DNA of 63,970 nucleotides, filler included, from Myxococcota bacterium (GTDB lineage Bacteria > Myxococcota > Myxococcia > Myxococcales > Myxococcaceae): the NCBI GenBank assembly GCA_049322255.1. It is 3 parts of 3 records of this genome, joined end to end, with 100 filler letters (N's around TTAATTAATTAA, not from the genome) between each part and the next. Parts side by side here need not be neighbours in the genome. Positions count along the whole stretch, not along the records: positions 31,064 to 61,731 come from JBMORE010000039.1; positions 61,832 to 63,970 come from JBMORE010000080.1; 1 more part is not named here. One strand, written 5' to 3'. The translations under genes were made by a program, and so were the position numbers. Numbering within the stretch: the first letter of the stretch is position 1; each line of letters starts with the position of its first letter. Below are positions 57,977 to 63,970 of this stretch, piece by piece. Below the pieces are notes generated by a model, which did no database searches, was not told the origin of the DNA, and saw nothing but the letters and a program-made list of their open reading frames with translations.

Positions 57977-58444
57977 TTAGGTGCGAACACCACTGGCCTC
58001 GAGACACTCCTTGGCGGTCAGCACCGAGATCCCGTGGGTGGGCAACGAGTTGAAGTGCCGGGCGTTGTCGGTCACCACCGTCTTGGCGCCTGAGACTCTC
58101 GCAATCTCGGCAATGTGGGCGTCGTAGATTCGACCGCCCACCGCGCGTTCCTGCTGGGCGGAACGCAGAAAGGCGCGCTGGGCCTTCTCCGGAAGCTGGT
58201 GAACCTTGAAGCGGCCGAGAACTTCCTCTTCGACGAGCCGCAGCGCATCCACCGGTGAAAGGCGAAACTCCTCCGGCAACCGGGTGGCCACGGAGTAGAA
58301 CTCCAGACAGCAGTGCCACGCGGTCTGCGCCAAGAGGCGTCTCTGTGCAACGGCGTCCATCAGTCGTTGCGCAGGTGTGTCGGCCGTACCCAGCTCGATG
58401 AGCCCGCCGACTAGGATGCTGGTGTCGAAGAACGCGGACGTCAC
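57977..58444 (-). CDS. vapC: PIN-domain toxin (VapC-like)
   Basis: FFDTSILV, LEFYSVATR, IYDAHIA, VTDN.RHF. Confidence 0.88.
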   Translation of the reverse strand: MTSAFFDTSILVGGLIELGTADTPAQRLMDAVAQRRLLAQTAWHCCLEFYSVATRLPEEFRLSPVDALRLVEEEVLGRFKVHQLPEKAQRAFLRSAQQERAVGGRIYDAHIAEIARVSGAKTVVTDNARHFNSLPTHGISVLTAKECLEASGVRT

Positions 58445-58692
58445 CCGGGCCATCGGTTGCGCTCTTCCTCGATGAGCCGGGCCACGTCCACTTCCGGTAG
58501 TTCCTTCGCCGTCGGGCGCGCCACCAGTCGCCGCCCCTTCTTCACCAGCCTGGGCGGTGATACCCGCCGCACCAAACGGATGGAGACATCATCCACGAGG
58601 ACCTCCAGCTCAGTTCCTGGCCGAAGATGCATTCGGGCGCGGGCCGAGGCAGGGATGACCACGCGACCTGCCTTGTCGATGGTAGTTCGCAT
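58441..58692 (-). CDS. vapB: AbrB/MazE/SpoVT antitoxin (VapB-like)
   Basis: TTIDKAGRVVIP..R..L.PG. Confidence 0.9.
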   Translation of the reverse strand: MRTTIDKAGRVVIPASARARMHLRPGTELEVLVDDVSIRLVRRVSPPRLVKKGRRLVARPTAKELPEVDVARLIEEERNRWPG

Positions 58693-58718
58693 GCCATGAG
58701 GTTACCAATTCGATGGCA
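58692..58718 (-). promoter_or_regulatory. Leaderless promoter/operator of the vapBC pair
   Basis: Minus strand extended -10 TGG-TAACCT 6 nt before ATG; inverted repeat TGCCAT...ATGGCA. Confidence 0.55.
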
Positions 58719-58739
58719 AAGTCGCCAAGTCGATCGGGC

Positions 58740-61580
58740 TCAGTACGAGGCAGACAGCTCGAGCAAAAAGGTGCGTCCGTACTGGGGAATGCTCAGGCTC
58801 TCGTCGCCCACTGGGAGCACGTACCGGCTGTCGAGCGCGTTGGAGACGGTGGCCAAGTAGCGCAGGCGCCCCGCCTCGCCGGAAATCCCCACGTTGAGCA
58901 GGAGCGCCTCGCCCAGCATCTGCCCGCCGCCCCGAGCGCTCTGGTAGGTGGCTTGCGTCGCCAGATGGGCCCCGGTGTCCCCCAGCGGCAACATCAGGCG
59001 TGCCGAGATCAGATGCGCCGGGCTGGTGTCGGGCACCACCTCGGGGTCGGCGAGCAAGTTGACGAAGGAATAGGCCACATCGACGAGGGCGAAGCGCCCT
59101 GGACGCCAGCGCAGCTCGGCCTCCGCTCCGAAAGCGCGCACCAGCCCGGGGGCGTTGGTGTTCACGTTGCAACCGGCGGTTCCCACCGGGTCGCCGCAGA
59201 GCAGCTCCTCCTCGGCAGTGAGCACGACGAGGTTCTCGATGCGGTTGTGGTAGCCGGCGACCGAAAGACGCAGCTCAGGGTTGAGGTCGTGGCTGTGCTC
59301 CACTTCCAAGGTGGTGATGGTCTCCGGCGAGAGGGTGAGCGCCGGCCGTTGCGAGACGTTGTTGTCGCCGTAATACAGCTCGTACACGTTGGGCGCGCGA
59401 AACGCGCTGCCCGCCACCAGCTTGGTCAGCCCGCGCTCGTACGGCCGCAGGATGAGCGCCAGCCGCGGGGTGAGGGGCAGCTCTGCGAGGTCCAGGTACT
59501 TGTCCAGGCGCAGACCGGCCGAGAGGCTCGCCCTGGGGTGGGGCTGCCACTCATCGAGGAGGTAGGCGGAGAGGAGGGTGCGCGCGCGGCCCTCCAACGG
59601 CGGCGCGTCGGGGCCGCCGAACACCTCCTGCTCGACGCGAAGCTGCCACTGTGACTCGACTCCCACGGTGAGGAAGTTTTTGGAAAAGAGCCGAAAGCGC
59701 GCGCGCGCCTCGCCCCCCACCCAGTCGGCGCGGCCGGCGTCGGTCTGCAGCTCGGGCGGCTCGTCAAGAGTCGGTGGGTCGAAGTACCAAGAGCCCTGGT
59801 AGCGCGACCCGTCGTAGTAGGTCCGCAAGGAGACGTTGCTGTCGCCCAGCTTCTTTTCGTAGCGCACCTCGGCAAACCCGCGGGCGTCGTTCACCCGGGT
59901 GCCGGGGAGGTTCAACCCGGTGGCGTACGGCGCGGTGGGGATGTCTTTGCTCCGGTCGTTCAGGTACGCCTGCAAGGTGAGGCCTTGGTAGCGCGCGCGC
60001 AGGGAGGCGGAGAAGGAGCGCTCGCCGTCGAGCCCCAACGCCCGCCCGCGCTCTCCTAAGTCGGTCAGCTCGGCCCCTCCGGCGCGGAAGTAGGCGACGC
60101 TCGCCAGGGCGCTTCTTTTTTCGCCGCCCAGCGCGGTGGTGAGCCGTCCCCGGTAGGCCGAGAGCGCTCCCACCGCGCCGGTGGCCTCCACGGTGGACGC
60201 GCCCAGGTGGTCGCGGGGCACCACGTTGATGACCGCGAAGAAGGCGCCGGTGCCGTAGAGCGCCGAGCCGGGGCCGCGCACCACCTCGATGCGCTCGACT
60301 TCCGAGAGGTCGACCGAGAAGTCGCGGCCGGCGAAGCCCTGCCCGGCCCACACGTCGTTCATCGGGTGCCCGTCCCACAAGAAGAGCACCCGGGTGTTGA
60401 GGTCCCCGGGGGGAGAAAAGCCGCGCACCCCCAGGTAGGAGTAGATGCGGTCGTTGCCAGCGAAGAAGCCGCGCACGGCGGCGAGCACCTCGGCCAGCGT
60501 CTGGTAGCCGAAGGCGCGAATCTCCTCTGCGCTGATGACGGTGATGGAGGCGGGGGCTTCGTCCACCGACAACAGCGACTTGGAGGCGGCGGTCACCGGT
60601 GGAGGTGCGTAACGCAGCTCGGCGTGCAGGCGCCTCTCCTCGTCGCGCAGCACCTGCACCGTCCGGGTGAAGGGAGTGAGCTCGCGCGCCGAAATCTCCA
60701 CCTGGTGCTCTCCCTCGGGGAGCAGAAGCACCGTGGGGGTGAAGCCCGCCTCCTGGCCGTCGACCCGCACCAGGGCGTTCTCCCGGTTGGCGGTGACGAT
60801 GACTTTGCCGGTGGGCATCGGCTTGGGCACCAGCGCCACCCGCAAGGAGAGCGGCGTATCCGCCGTCACCTCGACCAGAAACTGTGCCGGCAGGTAGTGG
60901 GGCGCGGTGACGTAGAAGAGGCGCTTGCCGGGTGGCACCTCGAAGGTGGCGGGCACTCGGCCCAGCTCGAGCCCCTCGGGGGCGTCGCGAATGACGGCTC
61001 CTTCGGGCGAGCCGGCGAAGGAGACCCGACCCACCACCCGCCGAAGCGCGAAGCGCTGGGCCGTCTCTTTCCCGCGCGCCACCTGCACCGTCCGCTCCGC
61101 CGGGTGAAAGCCCTCGAGCTTCGTCAGCACCAGGTGCTTTCCCGCCGGCACCGCCAAGGTTTGCGGGGTCCGCCCGCGCGAGCCCAAGTCCTCGCGGTCG
61201 ATGTAGACGTCGGCACCCGCGGGCTCGGAGGTGACGGTGAGCAGCGCCACTTTGGGCCGCAGCCGCGCGAGCGCCGCGGCCACCTCGCGCTTGTCGTCGG
61301 GCGCCAGCGGAAGCGCCTGCAGGTCGTGGTAGTAGCGGTAGGCCTCGTCGAAACGAAGGAGCGCCTCGTAGCAGCGGGCGATGTTGAAAAGCACGTTGCG
61401 GTTGGGCACCAGGCGGTGCGAGAGGAAATACGCCGAGAGCGCGCGCGGGTAGTCGCGCCGGGCGTAGGCCTGGTTGCCCAAGCGGAAGGCGAGGTCGGCC
61501 TCATCGGCGGTGTTGTCGCCCTGCGCTGGGAGCGCCAGCGTCACTACAAGAACCGCAGCAATCGGGGCGAAGGACGTCAA
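58740..61580 (-). CDS. TonB-dependent receptor with N-terminal TPR and PEGA domains
   Basis: NVLFNIARCYE (TPR); SEPAGADVYID..LG..P (PEGA); plug RIEVVRGPGSALYG.GA; barrel FRAPN, GRTF; terminal Y. Confidence 0.9.
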   Translation of the reverse strand: MTSFAPIAAVLVVTLALPAQGDNTADEADLAFRLGNQAYARRDYPRALSAYFLSHRLVPNRNVLFNIARCYEALLRFDEAYRYYHDLQALPLAPDDKREVAAALARLRPKVALLTVTSEPAGADVYIDREDLGSRGRTPQTLAVPAGKHLVLTKLEGFHPAERTVQVARGKETAQRFALRRVVGRVSFAGSPEGAVIRDAPEGLELGRVPATFEVPPGKRLFYVTAPHYLPAQFLVEVTADTPLSLRVALVPKPMPTGKVIVTANRENALVRVDGQEAGFTPTVLLLPEGEHQVEISARELTPFTRTVQVLRDEERRLHAELRYAPPPVTAASKSLLSVDEAPASITVISAEEIRAFGYQTLAEVLAAVRGFFAGNDRIYSYLGVRGFSPPGDLNTRVLFLWDGHPMNDVWAGQGFAGRDFSVDLSEVERIEVVRGPGSALYGTGAFFAVINVVPRDHLGASTVEATGAVGALSAYRGRLTTALGGEKRSALASVAYFRAGGAELTDLGERGRALGLDGERSFSASLRARYQGLTLQAYLNDRSKDIPTAPYATGLNLPGTRVNDARGFAEVRYEKKLGDSNVSLRTYYDGSRYQGSWYFDPPTLDEPPELQTDAGRADWVGGEARARFRLFSKNFLTVGVESQWQLRVEQEVFGGPDAPPLEGRARTLLSAYLLDEWQPHPRASLSAGLRLDKYLDLAELPLTPRLALILRPYERGLTKLVAGSAFRAPNVYELYYGDNNVSQRPALTLSPETITTLEVEHSHDLNPELRLSVAGYHNRIENLVVLTAEEELLCGDPVGTAGCNVNTNAPGLVRAFGAEAELRWRPGRFALVDVAYSFVNLLADPEVVPDTSPAHLISARLMLPLGDTGAHLATQATYQSARGGGQMLGEALLLNVGISGEAGRLRYLATVSNALDSRYVLPVGDESLSIPQYGRTFLLELSASY

Positions 61581-61731
61581 CGCGAGCGACTCCTGTTTGT
61601 CGAAGGCTTCTGCTCCAAAGCTGCCGCGAGCCTGGCCAACCAGGTGAGTCTATGTCCTCCACCTCCAAGGCAGCACACCCAACCGCCTGAGTGCTACGGC
61701 AGCGAGACCTTGGCAGCCCAAGTGGTGAGGA

Positions 61732-61831
61732 NNNNNNNNNNNNNNNNNNNNNNNNNNNNNNNNNNNNNNNNNNNNTTAATTAATTAANNNNNNNNNNNNN
61801 NNNNNNNNNNNNNNNNNNNNNNNNNNNNNNN
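61732..61831. other. Artificial contig linker
   Basis: N44-TTAATTAATTAA-N44. Confidence 0.97.
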
Positions 61832-62385
61832 ATTTCTCCGACACCGGGCGCCACTTCGTGCCACCCTCGCCCAACATGCCCACCCCCGAGACGGCGCTGG
61901 TCTACCCCGGCATGTGCTTGCTCGAGGGGACCAACGTCTCCGAGGGGCGGGGCACCTGCCGGCCCTTCGAGCAGTTCGGTGCGCCATGGCTCGACGCGGC
62001 CGCGCTGGTGGAGCGGCTTGGGCGTGAAGATTTGCCTGGCGTTGCTTTTCGGCCGGTGGCCTTCACCCCCACCTTCGACAAGCACCAGGGCGTCTCGTGC
62101 GAAGGTGCGATGATGCACGTCACCGACCGGCCTGCTTTTCGCCCGCTGCGCACCGGCATCGCCGTCGTGCAGGCGGCGTACGAGCTGGGTGGGCGCCGCT
62201 TTCGGTGGCGGGCAGATGCCTACGAGTTCGTCGACCACGTCCCCGCTTTCGACCTGTTGTGCGGGACCGACCAGGTGCGCAAAGGCATCGAGGCGGGCTG
62301 GCCGCTGGCCAGGCTGGTGGAGGGCTTCGACGCCGAGCTCGAGGCGTTTCTCCCTTCACGCGCAAAGCACCTGCTCTACGGGTGA
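61832..62385 (+). CDS. Partial DUF1343/NamZ exo-beta-N-acetylmuramidase (C-terminal part)
   Basis: PSPNMP, YPG.CLLEGTNVSEGRGT.RPFE.FGAPW, ends LLY. Confidence 0.9.
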
Positions 62386-62388
62386 ACG

Positions 62389-63063
62389 ATGGCGGCGATC
62401 GGAATCCTCTCCGACAGCCACGGCGACCTGAAGGCGTTCGACGCCGCCTACGAGCTTTTGCGGCGCAAAGGCGCGAAGCGTTTCTTCTTCGCTGGCGGCA
62501 GGTACTCGGATCTCGACGAGTGGATTTCGTTGAAGAAGGAACAGTCCCGCGGCGGCAAGGAGTACACCGATGTCGATTTCCTCGCCGACGTCAGCAACTT
62601 CCTCTCCTCGCAAGAGGCGGTGCCGCGCCCTCCCGCCTTCGGCCTCGCCGCCGAGAAGGCGCGGGAGGAGGAGGACTGGAACCGGGTGAAGGACCGCTTC
62701 CTACGCACTCCGGAAAAAGACTCGCTGCACTACCGCGATCCGTCGATCTCCAACAAGGCGGTCGACATGCTGGGGGACACGCTGGTGTGCGTGGTCTACG
62801 ACAAGAACGACCTCGACCGTGAGGACCTGCTCAACGCCGCCGTGTTCGTCCACGGCAACCAGCCCGAGCCCAAGGTGGTGCAGATCGGCCCGCGCTTCTT
62901 CGTCACCCCCGGCAGGCTCACCGGAGCACCGGAGCAAACCGTGGCGCTCATCGAGACGGTGGACAAGGGCCTTTCCTTCTCTGCGTTCACGCTCGAAGGA
63001 AGGGCGATCATCGACCAGCAGGCCCTGGTCGTCTCCGGTAAGACCAAGCTGTCGGTGAAGTGA
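62389..63063 (+). CDS. Degenerate metallophosphoesterase-like hypothetical protein
   Basis: IGILSDSHGD present; later metal motifs degenerate. Confidence 0.7.
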   Translation: MAAIGILSDSHGDLKAFDAAYELLRRKGAKRFFFAGGRYSDLDEWISLKKEQSRGGKEYTDVDFLADVSNFLSSQEAVPRPPAFGLAAEKAREEEDWNRVKDRFLRTPEKDSLHYRDPSISNKAVDMLGDTLVCVVYDKNDLDREDLLNAAVFVHGNQPEPKVVQIGPRFFVTPGRLTGAPEQTVALIETVDKGLSFSAFTLEGRAIIDQQALVVSGKTKLSVK

Positions 63064-63069
63064 GGGAAC

Positions 63070-63621
63070 GTGGAGGTCGCGCTCTTAGGGGGCTCGTTCA
63101 ACCCGCCGCACGTCGGCCACCTGTTGGCCGCCGGTTACCTGCATGCCACGCAGGGCTTCGACCGCGTGTGGTTGATGCCCAGCTACCGCCACCCGTTTGG
63201 CAAGCCACTGGCGCCGTTCGAGCACCGGGTGCGCATGTGCCAGGCGTTGGCCGCGGAGACCAGCGGCTGGCTCGAGGTGAGCGAAATCGAGCGCGAAGTC
63301 GGTGGCGAGGGCCGCACCATCGACACCTTGGAGAAGCTGCTCCCGAAGTTTCCCGAGCTCTGCTTCACCTTGGTGATCGGCTCGGACATCTTGAAGGACT
63401 TGCCTTCGTGGAAGGACTTCGACCGTATTCGCCAGCTGGTACGGGTGCTGGTGCTCCACCGAGCGGGGTACCCCTCGCCCCAGGCGGTTGGGCCGCCGCT
63501 CGCAGAGGTGTCCTCCACCCGCATTCGCGAGGCGCTCGAGCGAGGGGAGACCCCCACTGAGCTCGTTCCGCGGGCGGTGCTCGAATACGCGCGCCGACAC
63601 AACCTCTACCGGGCACGCTGA
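63070..63621 (+). CDS. nadD: Nicotinate-nucleotide adenylyltransferase
   Basis: GGSFNPPHVGH, IGSD, WK, SSTRIR. Confidence 0.95.
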   Translation: MEVALLGGSFNPPHVGHLLAAGYLHATQGFDRVWLMPSYRHPFGKPLAPFEHRVRMCQALAAETSGWLEVSEIEREVGGEGRTIDTLEKLLPKFPELCFTLVIGSDILKDLPSWKDFDRIRQLVRVLVLHRAGYPSPQAVGPPLAEVSSTRIREALERGETPTELVPRAVLEYARRHNLYRAR

Positions 63622-63673
63622 CGCAAGGCGAAGCGGCTTGGGAGGGCCGTGTTTTTCGGTTATGCCGCCAGCG

Positions 63674-63970
63674 ATGGCTTACCCCAATCCGCCACACATC
63701 GACGCCGCCCAGCGCCAGCTTCTCGCGGCGATCGAGCAAGTGGACAAGAAGAAGATCGATGCGCTCGCTACCTCCTGGGCGGAGGTCGAGAAATCGGTCA
63801 TCAAGCTCCTCGGCGGCGCCTTCGAGCTTTCCCGGCCCGACCACCAGGCGATTGCGCTCGGGCTGGCGGGGCTGTTGGGCGAGCGTTTGCGCAAGGAGGT
63901 CGAGGCCTTTTGGTTCCCCAATCGCGAGACGGCGGAGGGCGCGGTGCTGGGCTTTGCCGACGCGCTCATC
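63674..63970 (+). CDS. Partial hypothetical protein (runs off the window)
   Basis: Open frame MAYPNPPHIDAAQRQ... with strong GC3 bias; absent from the ORF track because it has no stop. Confidence 0.65.
   Translation, partial: MAYPNPPHIDAAQRQLLAAIEQVDKKKIDALATSWAEVEKSVIKLLGGAFELSRPDHQAIALGLAGLLGERLRKEVEAFWFPNRETAEGAVLGFADALI

Overview
GC-rich bacterial sequence, most likely Myxococcota (PEGA/TPR-TonB receptor, Cys-rich lipoproteins, elb-like ether-lipid cluster, Uma2). It is three contigs joined by artificial 100-nt linkers (N44-TTAATTAATTAA-N44 at 30964-31063 and 61732-61831), so adjacency across the linkers is not biological. Contig 1 carries rtcB-archease downstream of an mlaEFD-like operon with a sigma54-type promoter, SSADH, ogt, transporters, a Gld-like ABC system, sua5, pal-like, hemH, apaG, glgX, treY, and an elbABCD-like cluster interrupted by an AbiEii-type TA pair. 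Contig 2 carries surface/adhesin-like genes, a Prim-PolC-like polymerase, stress genes, a PPIase/surA/pdxA cluster, a ferritin-like plus deiminase pair, two more TA-like pairs, queE and a TonB receptor. Contig 3 carries namZ-like and nadD. Most notable: a ~100-nt tRNA-like fold with an aberrant anticodon arm (25325-25424), a probable CTG start for archease, a TA insertion inside the elb cluster, REP-like palindromes forming the 3' ends of three genes, and a Trp-repeat gene split by two compensating 1-nt indels. No rRNA, canonical tRNA, CRISPR array, transposase or integrase was seen. All calls come from reading motifs by eye; no database searches were run.
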